A DNA stretch of 58,990 bases, counting the filler, from Sphacelaria rigidula (taxonomy: Eukaryota), in assembly GCA_964200075.2 (NCBI GenBank). It is 9 parts of 9 records of this genome, joined end to end, with 100 filler letters (N's around TTAATTAATTAA, not from the genome) between each part and the next. Parts side by side here need not be neighbours in the genome. Positions count along the whole stretch, not along the records: positions 39,396 to 45,860 come from CAXNAA020019908.1; positions 45,961 to 52,425 come from CAXNAA020019909.1; 7 more parts are not named here. One strand, given 5' to 3'. The notes under the pieces were generated by a model. The model ran no database searches and was not told where the DNA came from. It saw only the letters and a list, made by a program, of their open reading frames with translations. A program made the position numbers and the translations under genes. Shown one piece after another: positions 39,396 through 51,529 of the stretch (position 1 is its first letter; every line of letters starts with the position of its first letter).

Positions 39396-40026
39396 TCTAC
39401 ACATGTTGCAGATTCCTACAAAACACAAGCGTCCAAAATTCTAGAAACGTGATGTCATATATTCACAAGTAGTATCATTATATACCCACTGCGTGCCCAC
39501 CTGCGGCTTCTCTACCGTAGCTTAACGGAGTATAATATGCTCTATACGTAGTATGTCACGATGTAGGTGTGGCAATAGACTGCCGAGAAAATCTGTCGGT
39601 GGGCATTATATACCACAGTTGATTCTGGTATGTATGTATCGATATTCATTGCCGACATGCATAGATTTATACGCAACCTATCAATAGCTATTGCCGTCAT
39701 CAATAGATTTGGTACACGATCTGTCAATAGTCATCGTCGTCATCAATAGATTTGGCACGCGGTCGGTCGATAGCCATTGCCGTCATCAATAGATTTACAA
39801 AGCTATCGATCCATGCATTTGGTCGGCGGCAATAGATTTCGGTGTAGGGCCCTAGCAGACTGCTGCCCAGACAAGAGTGTGGGAAACTGGTCTATCGATA
39901 AACATTGCCAACGACAAAAGAAATAGAAACTTGCCGATCGATGGCCATTACGGACGACAATATTGGCATCTACTGCAGCAGATTCGATTGCTATCGCAAT
40001 AGATACCGTCTATTGTCCAGGGTGTG
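39396..40026 (+). mobile_element. Right portion of a CACACCCTGGACAATA-family DNA transposon with CAATAG-rich subterminal repeats
   Basis: Three cgtcatcaatagattt units; ends ..gtctattgtccagggtgtg; homologous to 24091-24430 and 32831-32943. Confidence 0.8.
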
Positions 40027-40806
40027 GGAAGCTCACAGAGTCGATAAACTGCGCTGAAAAAGTATCTACGCGATCGAGGGGCACTAGGCCGACAAGAAAG
40101 TCATTGGGCACCATCGCTCAAAGCGTGGAGAAAGTACTGTTTTGAGCTCGAACCTCATTTCATTGATGGACCTCATTTTATAGAATCCTCTGTTATGTGG
40201 TATATATGATATATATATATATATACCTGGCTGATATATAGGCCCATATAAGGTTATGCATATGCCGACACCAGGTGATATTGAATGGTTTGTTGCCCTT
40301 ATCAGGTGATCTACCGCGGAATATATGACTGCATTACGTGATGCATGTAAGATATCGGCTTGTATCGGTGCAATGGGCAATTAAACAAATTAAATTGAAA
40401 TTAAATTCATTATATACAGGAAATAATGAATAATTATTTAATAATTACATGAATATTAAGGTTGGGTTAGGGTTTGGATTGTTGTTTTTTGGACAAGGGG
40501 AAGACAATAATATAATATAATATAATATAATATCATTAATTAATTAAGCATACACGATATAATATATATTATAATTAATTGACTAATGTTTGCTTGAGGA
40601 TGGAATGGGAATGTTTTTTGGAATGGGAACTGATTCTTATGCTTTGGACATAGGGCAAACAATAGAATATGCCATACAGTGCGCGATATCTTTGACGCCT
40701 CCCTATTGCCTACACAAGGGAACACGAGGTATGTCAGACTTTTTTCACCGAGGTGAAGTTTTTTTGACGCGATGAGCGACGCCCAGGCACCTTCATCCCC
40801 GGCAGT

Positions 40807-41062
40807 GAGTGATGCTACGTCAGGGATGCACAAATATTTCTTGAGGTTTGAATTGTTAGGAGCCCTTTATCTCATGCAAAATGCGACCTATGAAAATATG
40901 TGAGAGTACGCCAGGATTACTACTCCAATTTGCTGGGGATATCCCGAATGAATTTGCAAACGAGGATGTCGTGACACATATTTTTTTGCATCTTGAATCG
41001 TCAGGAGTCCCTGAACTAGACATCATTTCGCGAAAAAGTGCACCCCTACCGTAGCATTGCTC
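40807..41062. mobile_element. GAG..CTC MITE with 4-bp TSD (Sola-like), copy 1
   Basis: CAGT|gagtgatgctacg...cgtagcattgctc|CAGT; the interior is the reverse complement of copy 2. Confidence 0.8.
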
Positions 41063-41831
41063 CAGTGTTATTGCGAAAGAATTAGCGCAATAACGGTAGA
41101 GAATATCGGATCAGGATCGGCACGTGCTTCTCGTAACGAGTGGGGGGTGGGAGGTAGCTAGCGGGTGGCGCGAAATTCATTTTTCATCCCGTGTGTACTT
41201 TTTTTGTCTCCATTATTGGCGTGTGCTTACAGCTACACGTCGATATCCTACTCAGGGATATCAAGGGCCTCTACTATAGAAGCCATATTGGGCCTCGTGG
41301 AGGGGCATTTCGGAACTGTAACGATTCATTCACTAATTGCCCGCGTTTCACTCTCAAGCGTATTCTCTACTCTTAATCTCACGAAAACGTTGTAATTAGC
41401 TGTGGAAAAGGCGTTCATTCTTGCACATCGCTAGTACAATGCGTAGGTAACGACGACAACCTTTCTCATTTTAATCTTCATTTTATTTGTGCATCTGGCT
41501 CGTGATACGTGATCCAAGGCTGCACTGCCCCTTTTAGGCATGCGCAGCATGCATGTGGGGAGATTTGAGGAGTGTTCGTCGTTCGTTTTCCTCGAAATCC
41601 ATCTGAAAATAGGATATCCGGTTATTCGCATATCCGGATATCCGCCACTTTTTTCTACCGCCGATTGATCTGGATAAGACTGCCCGGAATTCGAAATCCG
41701 CTCCGTTTGAAAAATTCAAACGGAGCACAACTCTAGTTCCGACGGCCATTTTTGGGCTTGAAATGTGGTTCACCTTGTTCGGAAATCATGAACGCAGCAC
41801 GGAGTCCTGTTTCTTCAGAAAAGCAGCTGCT

Positions 41832-42340
41832 GGTCTCAAGGGATCAACCCATCTCTCTAACGGTACGTGCCTTCCATTTTGGTCTCGCGGATTGGATCAG
41901 CACTCCCGCACCACGTCAACTCGTCACACAAACCCAGTCGACTACTTTGCTTACTCACATTGTCACGCTTTCCACGGTGGAAATCATACATTACGAAGAA
42001 AAATCCCACCGCATCGGGAATCGAACCCCCGTTCTCTCCACCGTAATGACGACAGTTGAGTGATGCTGCGATAGGGTCTGCACTTTTGGGGCCAAAACCG
42101 GCCTGATTCAGGGGTTCCTAAAATTAGGAACTACACAAGAATATGGGTCAGGATATCCCCGTTTGCAAATGCATTCGGGATATCCCTAGCAAATTGGAAG
42201 AAAAACCCTGGCGTACTCTCACCTATTTCGAAAGTCGTGTTTTGGATGAGATAAAGGGTTCCTGACAATTCTACTCTCAGGCCGTAAAAGTGCTGACCCT
42301 ATCGCAGCATCACTCAGTTGGACCATTACACCACCGGGGC
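41832..42340 (-). mobile_element. tRNA-derived SINE interrupted by a MITE
   Basis: Head gccccggtggtgtaatggtc (42340-42321), B box at ~42017-42028, body homologous to 34938-35150. Confidence 0.8.
42058..42315. mobile_element. GAG..CTC MITE with 4-bp TSD (Sola-like), copy 2
   Basis: AGTT|gagtgatgctgcgatagggtc...gaccctatcgcagcatcactc|AGTT; perfect 21-bp TIR. Confidence 0.88.
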
Positions 42341-43943
42341 GCGGGAGTGTGCCATGATTATCTTGAATGACAACACAACACTGTTTGACTTTATGCTCAG
42401 CAAACATGAACTGATGGCCGTGCGACCCGTTGGTGATCGATATAACTGAACCCAAGGTGACCATGAAGCACGGCGCAGTAAGCCTCTGGCAACTTTCTGT
42501 GCGATCCCATGTGCAGGAAGCGAACAGCTTACCCATTAAACCAGTGAGAGTTGTGGTCGGAGGGTGCGTGTTTTGCGATTAGAGGGAGACAGCTGATTGT
42601 ACAGTCTACGTCGTTGGATTCAGGCGTTCTTGCCCCAATCCGAAATCCGGTCGGTGTCCATCTCCGTTTCCGAGCGGCAAATTGCAGATCCGGCAACGGT
42701 CTGACGTGGCCGCCCCCGCATGATGTCGTTCGGGCTGGTGTGTCGGCAAGATGGTCCTCCCTGTTCATTGGGTCTTCGTGAGGTCCGGCACACAAGGGAC
42801 CTGTATGCGTCGTTGGATCTTCCGGGTCATCGGGCCAACCAACAGGGGGGGTACACTCTTCTGGTCGTTGAGTTTCGACCTTTTTCGGCGGGGTGTAGTT
42901 TTACCGAAAATGGCTATGGTTGTGACTGCTCGGCGTAACTTGCGCTGAGACGGCGGTACGGTCACCACTTCACAAAAAAGGGTCACCACTTGACAGAAAA
43001 GGGACAACAATAGAACAAAAAAGGGTAGATATAACTTTTTAGCAGAGGGCAGGGTGTACCCTCCTGTTTTTCTTACAAAAAAGGGTACTTTCACAGGCTC
43101 TCATTTTCGGCGCGGTAGTTCAGCTCAGTAGTAACACTTGTGAAAGGTTCAGCCCAGTAGTAACACTTGAAGGTGAAAACAATTGGTCGGCTATGCTGCC
43201 CAGGGACCTTGGGCGTGGGGCTGGGGCGCTGGAACGTGTTTTCGAGGGGTTCAGCCAGCGTGCAGCGCTGCGCCCCAAAGCGAAAAATGTGCTACCCTTT
43301 TTTGCTCCAAAAGCACCAGGGTGTACCCGTTTTTGTATATTGCCCCTCTTCGAATCTTGATTTTCACTTTCACCCGCAGTTTCCACATGGTTCAAATCGT
43401 AGTAACCCCCCATCAGCTCGGGATTCTAACGAGAAAAAAAACATGCTTGAAAACGGTTACTATGGGATTAAATTATACCCCGAACCATGATATTTCTGCT
43501 TTTGCGTCTTCGGATTTCCAACGATGATGTGCACCGAAGACGCGTAAAGCTTCCTGACGGTTTCCCTTACGTTCACCACGTGAAAGATCGACCCAGAACT
43601 TGGAAGATCGGTAGGTCTTAGTGCTCCAAATGGGAGAGTGAAAAGTGTATTGTTCAGCAACAGTTCCAAATTTCTCCGCCCTTTACCGGCTTCTGTGGGT
43701 CCAGATGTGGAAACCCTTGGAAGGTGGTACATGATACCCCAGAGCAAAGGGTGAACAAATGTACGCGTTCCGGGGTAGTCTAAGGAACACCCGTAAAAAG
43801 GTTCTCCGCGAAAATGGAAAACCTGATGATGCGATTTTTCTCGCGTTAACGTCGAAGTACCTTTTTTCTCATTCCAGAATCAAGTAGTTGAGAGTTTGTA
43901 CCTTTCAATTTCACTTCATCGCACAAAAAAAGCGCAAATCTTC

Positions 43944-45410
43944 CACACGTCGGACAGATCAGCTCCCTATAGCTCGAGCTAGCTCTTTTTTAGCGTAGCT
44001 CCCTAGTGAGCTATGAGAGCTGTATGAGCTACGCATGTTGACCGTATATGAGCTACCAACTCGTAGCTCATCAGTTCATATTCGTCCTGGGTGAGCTGTG
44101 AGAGCTGCATGAGCTACTCACGTTTGCGATAGGTGAGCTACCAACCTGTAGCTCATCAGGTCATATTCGTCCTGGGTGAGCTATGAGAGCCGCATGAGCT
44201 ACGCACGTTTGCGATAGGTGAGCTACCAACCCGTAGCTCATCAGCTCATATTCATCATGGGTGAGCTATGAGAGCTGCATGAGCTACGCATGTTTGCCCC
44301 GGATGAGCTGTGAGAGATGCATGAGCTACACATGTTTGCCCAGGATGAGCTATGAAAGATGCATGAGCTACACATGTTTGCCCCGGATGAGCTATGAGAG
44401 CTACGGGAGCTATACGCATGACTGCACTGGTTGAGCTTAAGGGCTACGGGAGCTACGCCGATCTTGGAGTTGTTTCTGTTCCGATAGTCTACTCATGCAC
44501 GTTGATATTGTACGTACGTGACAACGGTCAGATGTGCACACACCTGTTCCGTTTCGTGTAGCGATGGATTTGCTTATTTTGCAAACATCAACAATCAACA
44601 TAGCTGCATCAGAAATTATCCGCACCATAGCCACCACATACACACAACGACACACACACACAATTCGCTGTGCATGGCGACCGCGGGGGGCAGCAGCTCT
44701 AGCCGCGCTTCAGTCGGAACTGATGCCGTGCCGTGCATCTGGATCCTTCGCAACAGGCGATCGATGTGGAAGAAGGGATTACACTCACTCACATGAGTAC
44801 ATGTTTTCCTTGGGTGAGCTATCGAGCGTAGCTCATCCACATAAATATGTTTTCCCTGGGTGAGCTGTAAGAAGTGCGTGAGGTCCACATGTTTCCCCGT
44901 TGTGAGCTACAAGAGCTAGGTGAGCTACGCATGTTTGCCTTGGGTGAGCTACCGGACGTAGCTCATCCGCGCGCGTTTTCTCTGGGTGAGCTGTGAGAGC
45001 TACATGAGCTGCACATGTTTGCCGTGGGTGAGCTATCAACCCGTAGCTCATCAGTTCAGATTCGCCCTGAGTGAGCTATGGGATCTATATAAGCTACGCA
45101 CGGGTGCGATAGGTGAGCTATCAACCCGTAGCTCATCAGCTCATATTCGCCCCGGACGAACTGTGAGAGGTGCATGAGCTACGCATATTTGTCCTGGGTG
45201 AGCTACCAACCCGTAGCTCATCAGCTCAAATTCGCCTCGGGTGAGCTATGAGAGGTGCATGAGCTACGTATGTTTGTCCTGGGTGAGCTACCTACTCGTA
45301 GCTCACCAGCGCACGTTTACCTTGTTTTGAGCTATCGGACGTAGCTCACATGTACACGTTTGACTGCAAGTGAGCTACCGCCCGCAGATGAGCTAGCTCA
45401 TGAGCTGCAT
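43944..45410. repeat. GAGCT-rich minisatellite arrays within a CACACGTCGGACAG-terminated transposon remnant
   Basis: Begins with the same terminus as the 46661 MITE; two arrays (~43960-44460 and ~44800-45410) of ~40-bp subunits (ggtgagctatgagagctgcatgagctacgcatgtttg / ggtgagctaccaacccgtagctcatcag). Confidence 0.85.
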
Positions 45411-45619
45411 TATTTTGTCTTGGGTACGTCTACAAGTATAGTGTGACCACGGCTGGATCCCTGGGGGGGGTCAATTGAAGTGCGACAATCAATCAACCAA
45501 TCAATCAACCAATCAATCAAGGTCATTTTGGGTGGTTCTCGTGACGACGGAAGGCGTTCGCATCAGATACCAAGCACGCAGTACTGTGCAGATATTGGAA
45601 CGACTTTTAGTACAATGAT

Positions 45620-45683
<64 letters not shown>

Positions 45684-45700
45684 TCAGCAATAACAACAAC
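45620..45700. repeat. (AAC)n microsatellite
   Basis: Read directly; a (TCAA)n run also lies at ~45487-45520. Confidence 0.95.
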
Positions 45701-45860
45701 CCCACTTTCTTACTTTGTTACTTATCTTGTTTTTCGCAGTGAGAAAGGTTCGCCAGTCAACAGCCGATCCTAATTTTTGGGGTTGAAACATAAAATAACA
45801 GCCGATCCTAATTTTTGGGGTTGAAACAAAATATGAGGTTGAAGTCCCATCCCTTCATTA

Positions 45861-45960
45861 NNNNNNNNNNNNNNNNNNNNNNNNNNNNNNNNNNNNNNNN
45901 NNNNTTAATTAATTAANNNNNNNNNNNNNNNNNNNNNNNNNNNNNNNNNNNNNNNNNNNN
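45861..45960. other. Artificial contig linker (7 of 8)
   Basis: N44-TTAATTAATTAA-N44. Confidence 0.99.
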
Positions 45961-45986
45961 TTCGCGAGATCGGACTAATGTGCGGA

Positions 45987-46028
<42 letters not shown>
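45961..46028 (+). repeat. 3' end of an (AAT)n-tailed repeat; reverse-complement copy at ~58915-58956
   Basis: ttcgcgagatcggacta.tgtgcggaaataataat... in contig 8 and inverted in contig 9. Confidence 0.8.
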
Positions 46029-46029
<1 letters not shown>

Positions 46030-46660
46030 TGTAGCGAAAAAAGAGCTATTCTAAACCTCCAAATGTGGCATAGTCCAACTCAGTCCACCTGCGGGGGGGT
46101 CGCTGTCTAAGGGTTAAATGGTGAGACATCCATGAGGCAGTGTGGAACGCGTGGCTGTCTCTGGAAGTGGCGACAGCAGAAAATGAAGCAACTCGTTCGA
46201 AGCTGTCACCCAAACGGCAGATAATCAGTACGCTTTGGGCCGAACAATTTTCGCAGGATGCAGCTCACTCTTCATGCGACGCGATGAACACATCACGACG
46301 CTTTGTGTTCGGTGATTGATTGCGAGCCTGGTCCGGCGAAAACCCGGCTTCGTAGGGATGCGAGGTCAATGATCATGTGACTATGGCATGCAGGATCACG
46401 AGGGCACCCCCCTGTGCCCTCTTGTAGGCATGCAAGATCATGAGTATACCCCCCCCTCCCCCCTCTACCCTGAAGGGAAGCTTCAAGGACTACATTTTGT
46501 ACAAGACTGCGTTGAATACACCGAACTGGGACAAGGATATGCCGCGAAGAGTTAACGCATGGGCCGCCCAGTTTTGCAAGTTAAATTACGAGTGCTACCC
46601 TATCGTTGATTTATTTACGTCTTGATTTTTTGCCTGTGTAGCCCTTCGTGGGCAATCTTT

Positions 46661-46895
46661 CACACGTCGGACAGCTCATGAGCTACCTGAAATAAGTAAT
46701 CGAAGAGAACTCCCAGATCCATTGTACCAAAACACAAAACACGTTACAGCAGTGTCCGAGAAGCCAAAGCGTTACCTTCCCGCTACACGGCGTGCTCGGC
46801 GTCCGTCGCTGTTGCCAAATGAGCTAGCTCATGATCTGGATCAGTACTCCAATGACAAGAAATATCCAGGTAGCTCATGAGCTGTCCGACGTGTG
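46661..46895. mobile_element. 235-bp MITE with perfect 29-bp TIR and perfect 8-bp TSD
   Basis: CAATCTTT|cacacgtcggacagctcatgagctacctg...caggtagctcatgagctgtccgacgtgtg|CAATCTTT. Confidence 0.93.
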
Positions 46896-47145
46896 CAATC
46901 TTTCGTGCCAGCTACGTGTGGTGGAGAATTTGGAATGCGACGGGCTTCATATGAATACTCACTACAGACATTTTTATATTGAAATTGCGTGAATAGTATG
47001 GCATATACAGGATTTACGGGTACGGTCGTTGGATGCGAAGTAGAAAACACTGTAGACGTCGGCTACTCTGATACACGAACTCGGGGAAGCCGTTGATATT
47101 TCCACTCACTTTGTGCCTTTTAGAGAGTACAGTGCACTTGCTATT

Positions 47146-47209
47146 CAGTGCTCCGAAATCCGCTCAGTGCTCCGAAATCCGCTCAGTGCTCCGAAAATCG
47201 TTAGTGCTC
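47146..47209. repeat. 19-bp tandem repeat (CAGTGCTCCGAAATCCGCT) x~3
   Basis: Read directly. Confidence 0.85.
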
Positions 47210-48681
47210 GACGCCTGCAAGTGTACTATTGTCGCAACAATCGCTATCGCACCTCCTGAAATACCATTTTGAAAAAGCTCATTTTTTTTTTGTCTTTTTG
47301 CGAGAGAGATAATGCTCGTGGCACCGACATACGGGTTGTCAGTCGGTTGGTTGATCGATAATCACTCATTAAATTGCCCGCTGCTGATTCAGCCGTCGCC
47401 CCAAAATGGACATGCCCGAGGAGGTAGATGAACAGAATCACTCGCTAAAGAAAAGCTGTATGGCCAGGAAAAGATCTCGCCGAGATATATCCTTGGGCTT
47501 TTGCTCCTCCGACAGCGCAAGCTCTTGCGTACCTCGAAAAATTCGTGTTTGAAACATGAACCAGGGGGCACTATAGCGGCAAAATGTTGTCGCTGTTTTG
47601 TTTCGCTTTGTTTTGTTTTTTCTCTTTTTTCGTCCTTCGGAGACAGGTAGGAACCCTTGCCGTACACTTGACCATTTTGAGTTTCGTATAGCACTTTTGA
47701 GGGTGCTCCACTTCGCTCCACCTCGCCGACGCTTCGAACTCAGCCCTCACGTTGAGTTGTCATCAAGACGGTCCGGTGCATGGGGAGGCACCGGGGTGAG
47801 GATGCCCCCCCACCCAAGTAGTCTCGAAACTTGGATGATTGATATCATCCTCACCTAGGAAATCATTCTCACCGGGCAAAGCTCCTTGCAATGTCTCCCA
47901 GCTCGACTCTGTACACGAGCCACCCTACCCATCGGGGCGTTGGTCCTCAACGCTGTTGCTGTACATATGCACCGCATCTTCTATTGTCGCTTCTCGAGTT
48001 TTTTTCGAAGTGGGTCTCTGACATTGTCCCTGTCAGTCACCCAACCGGGATAGAACATGACGGGTGATACCCCCAGTGAACCTCAATAAGACCCAAAATA
48101 TGTATTGAAATATTATGCGTGTCAGGCTTCATGCCTCTTGTCTCTGCACCGGTATTCCACAAAGCTTACTACTATGAGCATATCGAGCGTGTGGTTTTCT
48201 CTCCCGCCCGCCCCCATTGGACGATTAGGGTTGAGGTTCGACAGTTGTGGAACGAACCAGGGTCCGGTTCTTGAATGAACCAGGGTTCAGACCACAGTGT
48301 ATTGAAGACAGAGGTAGATGATATCAGTCATGGCATACTGGAGAAAGACTTGTGCGAGAAGCTTGTGGATCGTGCATCCGAGCGTTCTACTGGGTGAAGT
48401 TTCTCCATGTTTTCCAACAGAAGTACAACATAAGTCAAGAAAAAAATCAAGACGCTATTCTCTCCCTTCCCTCATTGACTCTCCCCCCCCTCCCCCCCCC
48501 CCTGATTGCGAGCTTGGTCCGGCGAAAACCCGGCGTGCTCCGTCCCCGGCTTTGTAGGGATGCGGGGCAAACGATCCGTTGACTACAGCATACAAGATCA
48601 TCGAGTACACCCCCCGCCCCCCCCGTCCCTCTCCTTCCGTGCGGCACACCACTCAACATGTGGTACTCTTGCTGTCCCCAG

Positions 48682-48839
48682 GATGCGTCGGACGACCAAA
48701 CTGGTGTCGATCCCACCGCCGCGCTGCGCGCCATAGACCGTCTTGTCGAAAGAGACTTCGGCACGTTCCAGCTGGGAAACTGGATGGGCGGAGGCCGCGC
48801 GTTCGCCGAGAAACGAGCGGGCTCCTACCTCAAGTCGGG
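48682..48839 (+). CDS. Aldo-keto-reductase-fold protein, exon A (3' boundary approximate)
   Basis: ctcttgctgtccccag| acceptor. DPTAALRAIDRLVERDFGTFQLGNWMGGGRAFAEKRAGSYLK aligns to the AKR pattern AxxAxxxGxxxFDTAxxYGxGxxExxxG. Confidence 0.7.
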
Positions 48840-49938
48840 GTGTTGTTTAATTCGATTCTGATCAACACACTTTTTTTTTTTCTTCCATTCACGCGGAACC
48901 CGTCCTACCCCCACCCCAAACACCCCCACACCCCCTTTTGTTTGTTCAGGCAAAGATTTTCCGTGTTGAGTTTCCGAGGGGAAACAATTGCTGAACCCAG
49001 CGCGTTACCTTCGACTTTCGTGCGCACACGCTGGAACGTGTTTGAGATGTAGATTCACTCCTATTTCTACCGCCCTCGCGCCCCCGACATCCCTTCCGAA
49101 CGAAATACACGATACCCAAGACAGACATGAAACGCTGGGGCGACAAATATCAAGATCTGACAAACTTGCCAAGCTTAGTTTCCCTATTTTTATTCAAGAT
49201 AGCTCGCCATGGTCAAAAAGTGAGCGTCCTATCCCCCGCTTCTCCCCCCCCCCCCCCGACCCCTTTTGAGACCTGTGTTGACCATCTCGGGTGGATATTC
49301 CCGTATCCTAACATTCCACGGTTTAATCATCGCCGGTTCGAATCACCAAATTCACGGTTTCTTAGGCCTGATCGCCCGAAAGAGAGAAAAATGTTGACCG
49401 CTGGTCAAACAGGTCTCCACTCAACTTTTGCCCCATTCCACGTGCCTGGGCTGCTGCGCGTACCTGGGTTGCAACGCCAAAGACAAAGCCCAAGGATTGT
49501 TTTCGTACGGTCCGAATCAATCACACTAAAATGAAGTAATTTCCAGACGAATCATTCATTCGTCCGACCCGTGTAGCATTCATAAAGGCTGACCCAGACC
49601 CGCCTTATCCGTAGCCCTCAACCCTGATCACGACCGAGGCAGACCTTTAACCCTCGGGCAGATAGGCGTGGAATGCGATGCTGGACACGGCTCTCCGTGA
49701 AGATCCATATCTTGAAGATGTTCCCGAAAGTAGTAGCTGTGGCAAACACTACTGCCCTCACCCACCCACGCACTCCCTCCTGCAGCGCCGTCCTTTGTGA
49801 TGATGTGCCTCAGTCTGATCCGCCATCTGTGTTTCTTACCTGTGCTGCGTCGGTTTTTATTTGGGGGGCGGTGTTTGCCGGGTGGTGGGGCTTTACTGAC
49901 AAGCGTACGGGAACGATTGCAGCGGGTGCATCCGACAG

Positions 49939-50070
49939 CCCGATTAGATTTCTCACAACGCTGAGGTTAGCTCCGGGTGTTCCGGTGACACGGCGGTCTG
50001 TGAAAGAAGCCTTGGAGAAATCGTTCAGGAGGATGGGGGTGGAGAGGCTGGATCTTGTCCAGCTCTGTTG
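49939..50070 (+). CDS. Aldo-keto-reductase-fold protein, exon B (5' boundary uncertain: 49904, 49923 or 49939)
   Basis: IRFLTTLRLAPGVPVTRRSVKEALEKSFRRMGVERLDLVQLCW with consensus donor TG|gtgagt; matches the AKR motif TK...VxxxxxxSLxRLxxxxLDLxQxHW. Confidence 0.85.
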
Positions 50071-50306
50071 GTGAGTTGACAGCGATGGATCGGACAGGGG
50101 TGGATCAAGTGACAGCAGTACTACCTTTCGCCCTGTGGGTTTCGAGTCTGCGCGTAGAAAAGAAGGGGGGGGGTCCAACTTGCGTATGGTGTGCGTGCCA
50201 AAGAATCGGAGTGCACTTCCCTAGGACCCCGACGGAAACTCGATGATTAGGTGCAGGTACACGAAAATGATGTGGCGGGTCAGGTTTTTCTTGCGCGTGA
50301 TGATTT

Positions 50307-50476
50307 CACACCCTGGACAATATATGGTCATTAGATGCAATGGGCGAGAAGTGTACTGCATAAAGTATAGGCCTACTGCAACTATTGCCGGCCGAGAATA
50401 GTCGCAATAGGCCTGTACTATATGCAGTACGTTTCTTGTCTATTGCAACTATTGACCATATATTGTCCAAGGTGTG
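50307..50476. mobile_element. 170-bp MITE of the CACACCCTGGACAATA family with 8-bp TSD
   Basis: GATGATTT|cacaccctggacaatatatggtca...tgaccatatattgtccaaggtgtg|GACGATTT (7/8 match). Confidence 0.85.
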
Positions 50477-51529
50477 GACGATTTCGACGGCACCGAGGGA
50501 GCGGTTCCTGCGCATGAAAGGACCGCACTACAGCGGGATATTCACTATGCACTATAGCGGGGCCCTCGACATGCACTATGACGGAACCTCCACGCTGCAC
50601 TAAGGCGGGATTTCCACAATCCCTGAGGTGGTGGAACACACAAACAGACGAGCTGGTGTCAGGATTGGGGAGCGCGGTACGCAAAAGTCCCCCGAAATAC
50701 GCAAGGAAGCTGCTGGCAGTGGTAATGTGTGTAGTAAGGAGCTACTGTGGTGCAAGGGCTAACCGACGAGAATGGCACCAGTGCATGCGCTTGCTCATTT
50801 TTTTCCACGGCAAGAGGGAAAATGTACTCTAGGATTTAGGGTAGGTGTGGAAGATACCTCTTTGCAGTGACATATCAGAGACTGATGTCACACATGAATG
50901 GAGAACCAGCGCAAGCAGGGACGAGGTAGGAGCGGTCTGGAAGGACCAGATTACCGAGGACCCTGTAATGCCGGCGTAACTAGACAACTCGGGGTGATGC
51001 CGGGAAAAGCCTAAAATCAGGATGGTTCAACATCCCCCGAGGTACTGGTCGCCCCTGGCGACCATTTCTCGTCTGACCCAACTTCTTGCCTACATGTACA
51101 AGAGGAAATCATCGCCAGCCTCGGAGTTTCTTCGGCATCAGGACGACGGTCTCCCCCGTAGGTCTCTGACTATTCTAGCGATACGCCTTCCTCACATAGG
51201 TGTTTTTTGTTCGGGAAAATCTCCATGGTATTTTTACTGTGGATTTTTTTTCACTCGATTTCGGTATATGATCGAAAGCGTCGGCGTTGCGTATCCATTG
51301 AATCATTTTCTTCGTTTCTTTTTTTTCTTCGTTTTTTATTTAATTATTCATTGAACTAATTGATTCATTGATGTATTAACTTCATTCGATTTGTTCGTTA
51401 GTTCGTTCAATTATTTATTCATTCATTTTTTCAATTGTTCATTCATGCATTCATCCATTCACTGCTTCGTTCTCACATCCGCTTTTATTTGTTCATATCC
51501 CACTTGGTACAGCGGACATCACCTTCTTA

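Noticed and set aside
43960..45410. GAGCT arrays, and the 11-bp and 19-bp tandem repeats, as CRISPR-like arrays
   Set aside because: No unique spacers, degenerate units, no cas genes and a eukaryotic context.
11811..50070. ROCO, S53 protease and AKR as a linked defence cluster
   Set aside because: Each lies on a different, artificially joined contig.
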